64,000 bases of DNA from Balanoglossus misakiensis (GCA_040954595.2 CM082579.2:12587834-12651833), one strand, 5' to 3'; counted from the first letter of the stretch, positions 13,701 through 32,950 are shown. Numbers and translations: made by a program. The notes: generated from the sequence alone by a model not told the origin.

Positions 13701-15115
13701 TTCTACGACCAAGCGACTGAATTTTACAGAGGACGAAAGTTCATGCAGTTCTGATCTCCGATGTGTCCCGTTTGTCAAGGCTTACACTTGGTGAGGTTTC
13801 AGACAATGCTGTTAACAATACCCTCCCTTGTTGTCTCTCCCTCGTTGTCACCTTTTCGAACCACTTTTCTTACAAAAATACTTTGTCACCTTTTATGGAG
13901 TTGAAAAGAACGCAGGAGCATCGTCCTGCTCTCCAGGTGTAGTACGTCCGTAATATAATGGAAGCCAATACCATAGTTATTCTATGCATGTTTCGTCTCT
14001 TGAAATGTATTAAAACTGCCCTTTCTAGTTGCTTTCATTTGATAACTATGCGATCGTCAATAAATGGAAATTAAACCCAAATACGTGTACCAAAAAACGT
14101 GCAGGAAGGATTTAAAACGGTACGTTTATTATTATCAGCGGCAGTTAGAACAACTTTGTATAGGCCTTACGGTTTGTTCATAAACGTCGACATGTATGGC
14201 ATCGTGGACATTGCAGGGTCTATGTCTGCACGCATCGACAAATACAATATACGTAGAGCATTGCCTTTGAAAGAAACTTATCCCCGTCGATTTTCCGAAT
14301 ATGTTTTTAAAATCATGAACTTGACATTTCGCTATGTCAGATCCGCGCAAAATGTGTCTGTTTATTGGATAGAGCGCTGCGCGTCGACTGCAACGCAAGT
14401 TGCTGACGTCACTGTAGTATTTTCAACTCGCGTCTTCTGCTTGCGCAGGAAGTGAAAGTGAATTAACGCATCGGAACGTTCACCACCCGGTTTATACTTT
14501 GAAGCCCAAAATTGTGGGTGTCGTTCCACTTTAACTATAATGGTACTAGTATATGTATAGGTATACATTTCATAAAAATAATAATATAAAAAAATTAGTC
14601 GATTTTTCCATATTGTTTTTTCCCATTGGAAATGATTGTCAGAAGGTAGACTAGCTGCACACTAAATTTGAAGCTGATCAGCCCAGCGAATGTTGAGATA
14701 TTGGGCTATGGAAAGTATAGGCCAATGGCTGGGTCCAATGGTCATGAAAAATAAGAAAAATAATGCTTTAAAAAGCAAGGACTTGGACATTGATATTTGA
14801 CTTATAGGACAGCTAACAGCATTTCGGTTCGTCATTTTTTATGCAAATGAGGCCAATTTTAAGGGTGAAATCCAATATGGCTGCCAGGTCATGTGACCTG
14901 TTGCCTAGTGACATGATCAGAAAAATACTCTCTTTGAGTTCTACCTATGAGCCAAATTTCAAGTCATTAGGTGCAACGGTCTTCGAATAGCGGCTGTTTT
15001 TAAGAATGGGAATAATAATAATAATAAATAAAAAAAACACGATTTCAAGAGGGTTTCGAGACCCCTTAGTTTCGAAACCCTAATTATTTCACACAATATG
15101 CTATAGCTGATTCTG

Positions 15116-15154
<39 letters not shown>

Positions 15155-18100
15155 TAGGTATGCCAGATCCAAAAGTAACAATGGGAAGTTGACTCTATCA
15201 GCACCTTATGAAGATGCAATTGGCACAGATTACATCATTTCGCTCAGCAAATCTATTGTTCAAAGAAGGTATTGGATATTTCAAACGGCATAATTGATAT
15301 TTCTGTCATTGTTTATGAGCAACTTTTGAATGCTGGGCACTTTCCGTAGTTTGCAATGGAATTCAAATCTTCAACATCTACACTATTACGGGTTTGATGT
15401 CACTCACATGTATGCATTCCAGTGGGAGTTCACTCTGCTTTAGAATGGTTACCGGACAAATGCGGTTTAATCGATGTTTCCAGAATTCTCAAACTAGGAA
15501 ACAGCTAGTAAACCACTCAGAACTACGCAGTAACCCTGCGCCCCCACACAGAAGAAAATCATGTGATAGACTTGGTTATTGTGGGCAATTGAACGGACAC
15601 AAAACGATGTATGAAAAGTCATTGCTGCCGTAGCCGCCCGTGGACCGTAAAGGTTTTGATATTGAAACAAGTTTCCTTTACGTTTCTGAATCATTGTTAA
15701 TTCATATCGATACTAAAAACTTGAATGATTCAAAAGTCCGAGAAACCGACTGATACAGCCTTAGATGTCACTGGCCCAGTAAAATACTCTCCTGCATAGT
15801 GAGCATATTGGATTGTATTGCAAAGCAAGTCTATTTTCAAATTTACAGCATAGTACATTGTCCTTTAGTTTTGCTTTGCACATAATGTCATCAATGCTGT
15901 ATATTGGTGAAATTTATTTTCACTCTCTTGCTTTTTTAAGTATGAACTTGAATTATACATCTGATGACGTCATCGCAGTGATGGGAATGGATTTTACACT
16001 CTCATATTTTTATCATTTGCTGACAAAGAATTATCCAGAGTGTGGTCAAAATAAATATACGTGAGTAAAGCAGCCTGTCACTTAAATATTAGAATTCATG
16101 CACAGTTTCATCTTTTGTTCTGCAGTGTTTTGATCAATGAAACTATAGACCCTATGATGTAACATATACAAGCTAACCTATTTGGAAACATCCTGTTGTT
16201 GACAGTGCATAATTGCATGCTTAACAACAAATACTTTTAGGAGTGGGAAATAAGCAACTGTTGAAAAGCTAATGTTGACTTTTCATCTTCAGAAAACAAT
16301 CAGTTTGTCATTCTTCATACAGTGGATTCTTAAATGATACTTTAATTAAGTAACAAATAACACCTTTTGGATATGCTCTCTTGGTCTATAGTTGTTTCGT
16401 AATGGACAGTAGTGGATACCTTGTTGTACATAAAGATTTCTTTGACTCAAGTGGAAACGCCAACATTGAACAGTTACACATAACTGAAAAGGAACCAAGT
16501 ATTGCCGAAGATCTAATCACGGAGGAAAAATTATTGACTAAAGAAACCTGCATTAACTTCCAAAAGTTTAAGGATCAACGGTATTTCACGGTAGGTTTGT
16601 ATTTGTTTCTACTTACAATGTTAATGCATTGTTTGATGAATGGTTGCATGAAAGGATGGATTGGTTCGTTCACATGGTTTAATTGATTGATTGATTGCTT
16701 TCCAGATATGTTCATTCCTGATATGTTCATCAATGCTTGCATTTAATTACATACCACACTGAAATCGAACAAGTGAGTTTGTGTCCGTGCATACATGTAC
16801 GTCAAACGCAAACATAGAAGATTAGATGATGGCAGCATGAAAAGAAAGAGAGCTGAACCTTATTTTTCCCATATTTTTATCAGGCTCAAACGTCAGCGTG
16901 GGCAAACAGTGTGAATAAACTGAACAACGACGACACATGTAAACGTTACCAGCTAACACATATCCCTGAAACGAATGCTTTCCTTGGCATAATTGACATC
17001 TCGCGCAGATCAGCGCACTGCTCTGACAGCTCGATATGTCCTTGTTATTACGTAAGTATGCTAAAATGTCTACTGCTCTTCATAATTTGCTTCAACTTTT
17101 CAATGCGCTATCTGAGACGAATATCTGCGACAGCTAGTGGCACAAAAACTGTTGTTTTTCCAGGTGCTTCACATGTGCACAATTTTTTTTAACTTTTCGA
17201 TAAGATATTGGAAACTTTATACTCTATACAATTCATTTAAAAGATATAAATAAAAAAACACAAACGCAAAAATATAGATGGTAGTTATTTAAGCCCCACA
17301 GAAATGATTGCAATATTGTTGTTCTCTTCAGTATAATTGCCAAACAGACAACGTGAACGACTGTGAATGCCCATGTTTGTCACAGACAGACTACGACCAT
17401 TGCAATGATAAATTCACTTTCACCAGGTAAGTACAGTAAAATCAAGGGTCTGGCTTAATTGGGATCAAAGCATGGTGCATAAATATTCTTGTAGAAAGTT
17501 AACCCTTTAAATTTTACCATTCTAATGTCCGTTTTAAGTTGAGTTAGTGTTGGTCTATTTAACGTTACGTGTCAGATGATTTTGGGGCATTATGTTGGGT
17601 GACAGAAGTATGATAGAAGTACTTTAACCATAAAATACATTCTATAGTTTTGCATCTATTGCAGTGATGATGATCCAACTTGTACTCCTCCAAGTCCATC
17701 ATTGTCACCTGTTATAGAAGAACTTGATGCATATGAAGGCTTGGAAATATGTTACCCAGTAGATTGTGTCAATAAACTGTCTGAAAGGTAATTTTGTTTG
17801 TGTATTTATGTATAAACATTTATTTATTTATTTAGCTATGTGTATTCATGCATATATAGTAAATGTATCACCATTTTCGTAAAGCTATGTCAAGACATCC
17901 TCTACTATTTGAAAAATTCAACACAACACCGAAATACATCATATAAAACATCCGACTCTGAATAACTTAAGGTGTGGTGGTACCTGATTGGTACTGCTTG
18001 GGAAGCCAAGGCATTCAAACGTATGTCCATTTGCATATTCACCCTGCCCAGTATAAATTCTCATTCTCGGCCATTCAGGCATCAGTATCTGACGAGTGTA

Positions 18101-20088
18101 GGCCGCGCTTACGCAAAACTGAACAGTAATACATCGCCTATGTCAAAACAGCCCTAGTTCCCTTGTACACTCTACTAGGCAGTATTATATATATATATAT
18201 ATATATATACGAAGTATGCGGTTCGACTGGTCCGATCCAAAGTGCTCAATACAAGAGTAGAGCGGAGTATAAAGGAGGGTAGTAGGAGAAACGGAAGGCG
18301 GTAAAATCTCTACAACGCTGTTTCGTGAGTCACTAGACTCACTCATCAGGAGATCAAACTGGCGAAAATGCAAGGGGGAAGGCGCGTTTTTATGCAGGTA
18401 CACAGGTGGTGGAATGTAAGTTGGGATGGGCCGTTTTGCATATATATATACCACGTGACATAGGGAAAAACGTGATATTACATGGTTGACAGAGTCTATG
18501 GCCCGTAGGTAGGGGATACGGCGCGCAGTGAGGGGATATAGTCGCTGGTAACAGTTTTTAGGGTCTGCTCATCTTTTCTGCACATGAAATATTGTCGTCT
18601 AGGCACGTTCACAATCTCCCGCATGTATGATTGCGAAGAGCGACAAGCCGAATTAACCTGTTCGGTTAAACGATTTTTTACTGCGAATGGATAGTAAACA
18701 CATCAGAATTGCAACCAACAGCGCAATACTAGTTGTCCAAAATTATCTGAATTTGAAGTTAAGCCTACAGCTACAGTTCTCTGGAGATCGAGACCTTCAC
18801 TGCATGTAACGACCATGGACGGTATCCTTATGATGAATGTATCTAATGTTCAGTGTAATACAATTATTAACACATGATGCTCGGACAACATCATGATTTA
18901 GCCTGCCTTCGGGCTGGTGCTGTCTGACCATAATATCGATGATACCCTCGCCTGCGGCATGGACATCATCAATATTATGGTCAGAGATCATCATTCCTCG
19001 TGCAGGCTAAGGATCATGATATTGGCGCCCTTGCTAACATGTGTTATTATTTAAATATTTTAGTGCAACTGGATAGTAACACAAAAGAATTGAAACAAAA
19101 AGCGCAATATCAGTTGTTCGAAATTTTGAAGTATATGACGCCCTGCAGGTACAGTTCTCCGGAGATTGATAACTTCACTGCATGCAATCACCCTAAACAC
19201 TACCCTTATGCTGAATGTATCTAATGTTCGGTGTAATAAAATTAATAACACATGATGCTGATGCTCTGTGACCATAACGTTCATGATAATTGTTCATTAC
19301 CTTATTTCAGTGAATGCAACAAATTTATCAGCTGTACCTGGAATGATGGCTGTTCCATTGCTGATGATTTTACAGGTGTGTTGTGTGCAAATGAACACTG
19401 TTACTATGGAAATTCAAATATACATATACATGCAAAAACACTAGTACATTCGGAGATTAGACATGCCCTTTTGACCATATATAGAGATATGTAAATTAAA
19501 CTTGACCACACGGTATACCTTAAAGGCTTACATGTATAAGATGTGGCGCATTACACCATTGTGTGATTACTGTACTGAAGTAATTCTTAGCACTATGAGT
19601 GAGACCTACATTGATAAAAATAAAATAAATGTGATTTTGGCGAGGAAATCATGTCAGCGATGTAGGAACAACACTATATTGTTTTTGCAGCAGATAGTTG
19701 CATTGTTTTTAATAAATGTTACCAGGAAATCGTCTTTTGTGTATTTGCAGGTGAACCATCTCAATCTTCGACGATAAATCAAGTTTTGCTTGCGGGAATT
19801 GGCATACCAGTTCTTGTCTTGGTGTCATGTATATTAATTATAGTCACATGCAGATGCAAAAGGAGAAATTCACGTCCACCCTCAGTACATAGAGACGTAG
19901 GACGAAATTTACATCAGGATCTAACAAACACACCTCCGCCAGCATATTCGCCCGGTGTGCCATTGGGTGGATTAGCGACTTCGGGAACACCAAGCGCACC
20001 GCCTGGACCGGACTTTGATTATTCAAATCCCGCATTTGATAAGAGTCACGATGAAAATGATTATTCAGAGTTACATGATGAACATTGA
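4751..20088 (+). CDS. VWFA and cache domain-containing protein (CACHD1/alpha2delta-like), 24 coding exons seen, 5' end not found
   Basis: Phase-compatible exons with AG acceptors and GT (one GC) donors: 4751-4813, 5003-5167, 5327-5532, 5921-6080, 6714-6873, 7137-7220, 7592-7720, 8233-8324, 8481-8619, 8973-9134, 9502-9628, 9939-10050, 10512-10593, 11204-11284, 11673-11809, 12253-12428, 15158-15268, 15941-16060, 16392-16590, 16884-17051, 17332-17426, 17665-17787, 19311-19375, 19751-20088. Motifs: FDHRYRPWY; VWA MIDAS VIDKSGSM; ILFLTDGEP; cache-type FSVPYQDDFGIG; YDPTVRPWY; LSAPYED; Cys-rich CECPC; TM LAGIGIPVLVLVSCILIIVTC; stop TGA at 20086-20088. Confidence 0.9.
7765..8030 (+). repeat. Degenerate intronic minisatellite (GGTGGTAAGGGCCCATGTGT-like units)
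   Basis: Repeated GGTAAG-G/T-G-CCCATGTG motifs about every 20-30 bp. Confidence 0.75.
12518..15081. mobile_element. Helentron/HINE-like non-autonomous repeat in an intron of the CACHD1-like gene
   Basis: GGGTTTCGAGAC near one end (12539) recurs in the terminal hairpin AGGGTTTCGAGAC-CCCTTA-GTTTCGAAACCCT (15050-15081); three internal ~240-bp subrepeats (GTAGGTCAAAGGTCAC); homologous to 41285-41650 and 42221-43431. Confidence 0.7.
13412..14530. mobile_element. Kolobok-type non-autonomous element (TTAA TSD), nested
   Basis: TTAA|AGTGGAACG ... CGTTCCACT|TTAA; subterminal inverted AGTGACGTCAGCAACTTG (13551) / CAAGTTGCTGACGTCACT (14396); the empty site CATAGCTTAAC is seen in the related repeat at ~41618. 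Confidence 0.8.
18451..19260 (+). repeat. Interspersed non-autonomous repeat with internal inverted repeat, unclassified
   Basis: Inverted homolog of 34290-34870 (CCACGTGACATAG...GTGATATTACATGGTTGACAGA; ATCATGATATTG..CCCT.GCTAACATGTGTTATTATTTAAATATTT); part of it is duplicated at ~19050-19260. Confidence 0.7.
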
Positions 20089-20479
20089 TTTCATTGCTGT
20101 TTTCAATCATAAAGTCACTCATGAAGTGGATAATATTAGGGAATACTGACCAACTCTTTGCTTAAGCATCTTTGCCTTCCAAGGTCTTAAATGCGCCTTG
20201 AGATTGTAGTTGAACTAATGACCCCGGCCGATGAAAATTCATTTGCATCTTACCGTTGCGATGGATGTGGCTACACATTCTCAAACGCACATACATACAA
20301 CTGTTCTTGCAAAAGTAAAATAATTCTAAACATTGTCATCGAACGTTGCTAGATATTGAGGTTTTGGCCAATTCTACGTTATATTCTAGATTTGAGTGAC
20401 TTTATGCTTCACAACAGTGTACATGGCAACAAAATGTATCTTGTGAGGAGCAGAATAGTGATAGGCTCAGATTTTATAG

Positions 20480-21000
20480 AACTCAAATTCAAACTATATG
20501 ACAGAATCAATACTTCTTTCTTATGAAAAGTATGATTCATCATAAAATAAAAATAGTTGATGAAATACTCAGAATTGTTACAGCTCGAAGCCTAAATAAT
20601 GTTTTTTTTTAAAATTAATAATGAGCTCTTATTGAACTATTCCAAAATAATATGACAAAATCTATACTTTTTCTTGTAAAAAGTATGATTATTATTTAGC
20701 AAAAAATTAAAATAGTTGATGGAAATAAACAGGATCCATACAGCAAAAAACGTAATGTATTTTTTCAATTGAGATATGTTCCTATATTAAGTTGTTTCAA
20801 TATAATTTGACAAAATCCATACTTTTTTCATTGACAAGTGTTATTTATAAAAAAAATAACATAGTTGATGGAAATAATCAGGATTCATACAGCTGAAATC
20901 CTTATGTAATTTTTTTTAAATTTATAATGTACCCATATTGAACTGTTCCAAAATAATGACAAAATCGATCCCTTTTCATGTGATAAGTATGATTTTCACG
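20480..21000 (+). repeat. Degenerate ~120-bp tandem repeat (about 4 units) downstream of the CACHD1-like stop codon
   Basis: ATGACAAAATC.ATACTTTT...AAGTATGATT...ATAGTTGATGGAAATA recurs at ~120-160 bp spacing. Confidence 0.65.
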
Positions 21001-21073
21001 GATGCATTTATTTCGCATCCTTTTACTTTGAAACTAATAATAATACAGTTACTGTATTACCATAGTCACTTAA

Positions 21074-21665
21074 AGCCCCAGTATTTCTCGTGTGTATCCA
21101 TTTTTCATCATCGAAAAATGCCCGTTTTTCCTGTACATTCATCATGGAATACTACATAATGAAGATAGAAGAAAGGTTTGGGCAACTGTAGCTACGTGCA
21201 AGCTGTAAATATTGCCCGTAACACTTGAAATGGTGCGCGGGTTTGTTTACAACGGAAATGTTGTACATGTCGATCAGCAAACGTGCCACTTTGACATTTG
21301 ATGGTCAGACCATTTTCGGATTTGATCTGGTTCCATCGACTGATTTCTCCCATAAAGTTATCTTCCCAAAATTTCGCCGAATTAGTGCGCATTTCTTCGC
21401 TGAGTCGCTTGATTTGGGGCGACCAAACCTCTTCCGCATAGATTCACATTTGAGTGCGCATGCGCACTAGTCACGTGTGTCAACAGAGCCTGACTTTCTG
21501 TCCGGACAGAAAGTCATTCTTCACTCGTTATATTGTAAATTGTATGAGTTTATGAGCAGAGCTGGGGATGATGACTGTTCGATTCAGTATCAATTATCAT
21601 CTACTTTTAGAAATTATAGATGCCGTTTCAAACAAAATTTTGCCCCTACGAGAAATACTGAGGCT
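21074..21665. mobile_element. Kolobok-type MITE (TTAA TSD)
   Basis: TTAA|AGCCCCAGTATTTCTCGT ... ACGAGAAATACTGAGGCT|TTAA. Confidence 0.82.
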
Positions 21666-23297
21666 TTAAAATTAATGTTTTGATACAGTTGGGTAAAAGG
21701 CGCCATCTGTGGCAAAGGCGCCTTTTCTTTTACCATTTGTTTTCAGTTGGGTAGAGGGAAACTGTCTAAAGCAGCGATTCCAATAAATATCCGCGATTTC
21801 CAAAGGGGAGAAGAAAATATTACAATCAGATGCCGTACACGTTGTGCCCAATTTGGATTATATAGCTGTGTAGCGCAAATAAAAGTCATGTAAAATACAA
21901 CTGGTATGCTAATAAATGTGTTTGTGTAATCCATATACATTTACATGACACATGCGGAAATGGTCGTGACTATATCCAGTGCCTAGTCTAAATGACCAGT
22001 TACATGGCCATAAAAATATTCACAAGATCCAAGACACTGTGTGTGCTCATGTATATTGTCTAAATAAGCCAATTTTGACGATATAAGTGCTTATGTTTAC
22101 GCTGAAAAAATACAGCCTCTCTCACAGACCTGCATTCGCAACAACACTGCATACAGCCAATTGGTGGCACAGGCTAAGTGTGCTAAAATTACCAAGCAGA
22201 ATTATGTTAGGCCTACGTGAGAGTTTTAGCGTGCAGGAAATTTCCATGGTTACCACGATGATTGGCATGAAGTCGCGTTGGTGGGTCAACCTGCGGAGGC
22301 AGACAACCATTGGCACAATGCGAACATTGCGCAATATGCAGGTTGGCAAATTTCAATGAAACTGGTTTTCGTTTTGTCGCATAAAACCTCAGTGCGACGA
22401 TTTAACAGAAACGAACCTGTTTGCCTTTATCACTGAGAAAGAGTCCTTTTTACAAAGTTTCTATGCGTACTAGCAGTTTCCAATACACGTTTTACTGTCC
22501 TCTGACAATGTCAGATTACCATTATACTGGTTGTACGCAAGGAGGCTAATGTCAATCTTCGAAAATATAAAAGTGCCTGCTTCTCTTCTGAAAAAAATAT
22601 ATGATAGCTATGAAATCAGGGCGATTGTAGTTTTTTTTATTACGTTTTACATAGTTTGGCTGACCTCTCCGACACAAACATTGATTTTGGGGAATTTTCC
22701 TATACAATGCTGCATTTGGTATTGGAGAACGCCAATGTCTCTTCGCAGTGGTAGTCCAATGTTTACTCGTCAGCAAAATAAGACAAGGAAAGGGGTCCCT
22801 ATTTCATTTCCTGCCGACTGTCCACCCCTTCTTCCATGCTAATCAAATAATTTGTTAGCAGTCACATACGGCTGAGGACACTTTCACAGAAAGATAAAAT
22901 GTGGTGAAATAACAAATACGCCCTTTTACTTTTGACGATAGAGCACCGAAGCTTAGTATTCTCAGGCTAAGTCAATGGCAGCAATGTGCGTTCGCAAAAT
23001 ACCGAGCGCGTATAGATTCACCTCATCACGCATCAGCTCACTCCAGGGTATAGAATTCAAGAAAACGACGCACCAGTCTTTATTGCCACAAACAGACGAT
23101 TTTCAGCGGTGCTCATGGGAATTTTACTGGGCGTGTCAAATCATACATAATTTACAGATGCATATACCACGACGATTAAACTAGGGTAGTCTAGGGCATG
23201 TGACCCCCGTGGTGAGAAGAGCCCTCTATCGAAATATCCACACAGCGACAAAGCTTAGTTTACTTCTCATTCAACTGCATACCCGCAAGCGAACAGG

Positions 23298-29165
<5,868 letters not shown>

Positions 29166-29169
29166 GTAC

Positions 29170-32100
29170 ATGGATTAAATATTATAATGTATTTTGTGAA
29201 TGGGGGTGGATAGCAATATTTCCAGTTTTCATTAAGGAAAATAACTTGAAGTATTCTCCAAGCGTCCTCTTGTCAACTTGAAAACTATAAAGTGTATTGT
29301 GATAGACTTTTATCTGAAGATTATATTCCTGTTGAAGCACTGGCATGTACTGATCCAGACTGCTGTATACATTCAGAGTCGATTGACACTTTTTACGATG
29401 ATATTATTTCTGTACTATTAACCGCAGCGGATAGGACTCTTCCTAAAATTACACACTCAAATAAGCATGCAATTCCTGGTTGGAATGCTCTAGTCAAAGA
29501 TTATTATGACAAAGCTCGCACTGATTTTTTAATCTGGAAGGATAATGGCTCCCCTAAATTTGGTCCCTTCTTTGAACTTATGCGCAGGTCCAGAGCTCAA
29601 TTTAAAAGGCAGTTAGCAAATTGTAAGAAGGCAGAAAAAGAAATGCGCGCTAATGCCCTGGCTGTAAAATTAAAGAAAGACTCCAAGGCGTACTGGAAAG
29701 ATGTCAGTAAACGGAAAGGTAGATCAATATCTCCATCATCTATTGATGGTCATACAGGTGATGTTGAAGTGGTTAATATGTGGAAAGACCATTACGAGAA
29801 TATTTTGACAAAAACTGGAAAAGAGTCTGCACCTGATTTTATGAACATTGAGTACTGTGATGACATGATTGTACACCATGAAGAAATTTGTGAATTAATC
29901 AGTTCGTGTTCAGTCTAAAATAAGACATCGTTTCTGCGCATTTGCAATGCAATGCTATTGCGCAAGTGCAGAACCGCGACATGGAATGGGTCAGGTCATG
30001 AAGAAGGTCAAAGGGAGTTCCTCGTACCACGTTCGTAAATTCCCATGTTCGTACACATCAAAAACTGGCCACGCTCCTCATCATTGTGTCGATTGTTTCT
30101 GTTCTCAGTGTGTCGGAATGGATCGACCATCAACTGTATTATTTCTATTTATCAGTTTGACCTCCTAAATTTAGTTTACGTGTTGGACATTAGCAAAAGG
30201 CGGGCCGAGGCTATAGACAGGCGCCTGTCAATAGCCAGTGCGTGTAGGCGGCTGTCGTTACATGTCTTGCACTGGGGTATGCAAGTTGTCACGCCACGGT
30301 TTAAGTTGTAACGTATTTCCCCGTACCATTGCACAATAAGCAATGAATTCGTTCATCATGAAACAAATCTCTCAATTCAAACTTAAACGGTGATTGTGTC
30401 AAGTCAACTCAGTGTGCAGCGGCCGTAGTAAATGTACATCATACATAAACGGTAAAGCAATCGTACGTAGCCAGCGAGGTTGCTCAGAAATATTTCAGAA
30501 ATATGCACTTCCTTTCCGATGGAAAATGTGAAATGTGCATTGCTTTACAAAAGTCGGCAGTAAAATGGAGGGAATCCCTGTGAGTCAGGAGCCGGAGATA
30601 AGCTTAGAATCGGAAGCGCTAGGCGTACACGCTTAGAACGGGTAGAAGAACTATGACAAACGCTTTGACTTTCGAAATTTTGCACTTCGTTTCATCTCAT
30701 TTTCGGGGAAGAAAAGACGAATCATTTAATGGACTATGTGAAATGTGCTTTGGTTTTCAAAAATCGGCAATAATTTAAGAATAAAGTCCCCGCTTGTCAA
30801 TAGCCGGCCCCCTACACACTGGCTATTGTCTGGCGCCTGTCAATAGCCGGCCCGATATACGATTTCGTCAATTTGAGACACATTTAGCGTATAGTTCGTT
30901 GTTCCTTCGCTTTTGCTAAAGTTAAAGTTGGTCGTGTGTTTGCCTCATCAGCCAGATAGGAGTGTGATTGATAGCGTATCCTATGAACGTAACGTCAAAT
31001 GAGCTACACATACGCGTACGAGGTTCATTACTGACATGCATGTCACGATCAACAAGACTAAGGAATTTTTAAAAGTTTTCCCCATTTTTCCCCAATGACC
31101 AGTTACCACGTGTCGGACATCAATGGAAAGATTACTTTCTTGTTCGTCAGAAAATTGATAAAAACGCCTATTGAACGAGTACAATTATACAAAAGAAGCA
31201 CCAAGAAAAAGTGGTATTACTTGTTGGTCAGGCAGCAAAATATGCTGACATCAGCGTCCACAACAACCAAAAATTCGATCGATCGTAGCTGGCAAAGTTT
31301 TGAATTTACCTCGCTCAAACTCATCCATTGTGTCCACTGACATCTCTAGATGATGTTACAACCGAAAATAGTCAAATGAACGGCATATGGGCATTAAATG
31401 AGGACCGAAAACAGCCGAACACAACTCTACGTACAATACTTCCGCATTAGCTAATTAATATTAATATGTACTATTGCGCATGCGCTTTCCACGAAGAAAC
31501 GATGTCTTATTTTAGACTGAACACGAACTGTTAATTAAGAACCTTAAGGCAGGTGCATCGTCGGGTGTCACTTGAGCACCTGAAGTATGCGCCATACAGA
31601 GTCAGTGTTCTACTTTCCCTCAGTTTCACGGCTATGTTAATTCATGGCATTGTTCCCAAACAATTGATGACTACGGTTTTAGTTCCCATTCCAAAAAACC
31701 CAGGTGGTGACATTTGTGACAAATCTAACTACCGTCCTGTTGCTGTTGCAACAACGATATCTAAACTGTTAGAGAGAGTTTGGTTAAATCGCTGCATGGA
31801 TTGTCTAACGACTAGCGAGCACCAGTTTGGATTCAAACCAGGCCATGGTACCGATATGTCAATTTTTGTTCTTAAAGAAATTTTGAATTATTACAAGCGT
31901 TGTAACACTCCTGTTTTTGTCACTTTTATGGATGCATCCAAAGCTTTTGATTATGTTCGTCACGATATTCTCTTTGTAAAACTTTTGGCGAGGGGTGTCA
32001 ATCCTTATCTCATTAAGATTTTGTCATACATGTATAGGGACCAAGATTTTGTGGTGAGACGGAATGGGTTGTTATCTAAACCTTTTCACTCAAAGAATGG

Positions 32101-32950
32101 GGTTAAACAGGGGGGAATTACGTCACCTATATTTTTCACAGTCTACTTGGATGATATCAGCAAAAATCTTTCCGCTCTTCCGTATGGCTGCCTTGTAGGG
32201 GACTATAAGGTTAATCATTTAATCTATGCCGATGATTTGGTTATTATATCTACTGGAGCCTATGGCCAGCAGATGCTTGTTGATACTTGTGGTCATTATG
32301 GCAGCATTAACTCAATTTTCTTCAATGAGAAAAAAACAGTCTGTATGTTAATTCAGCCAAGTATGCGCAGGCTCAGACACGTTCAAATTTATCTGAACGG
32401 CCGAATGCTGAATTATGTCAATGTTTATAAATATCTTGGTCACCTTATCACTTGTGACCTTAGGGATAATGAGTACATTCTAGCTCAAACGCGACAATTT
32501 TATGTTCGCGGTAATGCTATTATTCGTGATTTTAAATTTGCGTCTATCTCTGTTAAATGTCATTTGTTTTCTGTATTTTGTGATATCCCGTATTGCTCTT
32601 ACTTATGGAGTGCTTTTTCTGTGTGTATTTTAATGCAGTTAGGAGAGCTTACTCACAGATTTTTTTCCGTAAATTGTCTGGTTTTAAACATTCTTTTATT
32701 CAGAGCAACAGTGCGATGTTTGTTAATCTTTCCATTTTAACTTTTGATGAAATACTTTCTTATTTGCATAGAGTTTTACAGAGTTTTACATGGATGTAGT
32801 TTTGCTAAGATAGTGTTATTGGACGTCACAGAAACAGATTTGTTCATCTTTTCTGGTGATAAGTGCAGGAGATATTTACGGATTGTTGTTGTTATTCACC
32901 GGTGTGAGGATCAGGTATTTGGTGCAACGATATTCAGTGATTGCAATTAG
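29170..32950 (+). mobile_element. 5'-truncated non-LTR retrotransposon (RTEX-like reverse transcriptase), interrupted and frameshifted; boundaries approximate
   Basis: ORF 29292-29899 (HAIPGWNALVK...GPFFELMRRSRAQFK) continues after the 29900-31530 insertion into the RT: NYRPVAV, QFGFK, FMDASKAFD, GVKQGGITSP, YADD, YKYLG. Confidence 0.88.
29900..31530. mobile_element. Non-autonomous TIR DNA transposon, CAG termini, 5-bp TSD TTAAT
   Basis: 36-bp TIR CAGTTCGTGTTCAGTCTAAAATAAGACATCGTTTCT at both ends; TTAAT at 29895-29899 and 31531-31535; removing it restores the LINE frame (ICELIKNLKAGASSG). Confidence 0.92.

Noticed and set aside
22087-23184. Short ORFs between the CACHD1-like and HisRS genes
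   Set aside because: No recognisable motifs or consistent exon chain.
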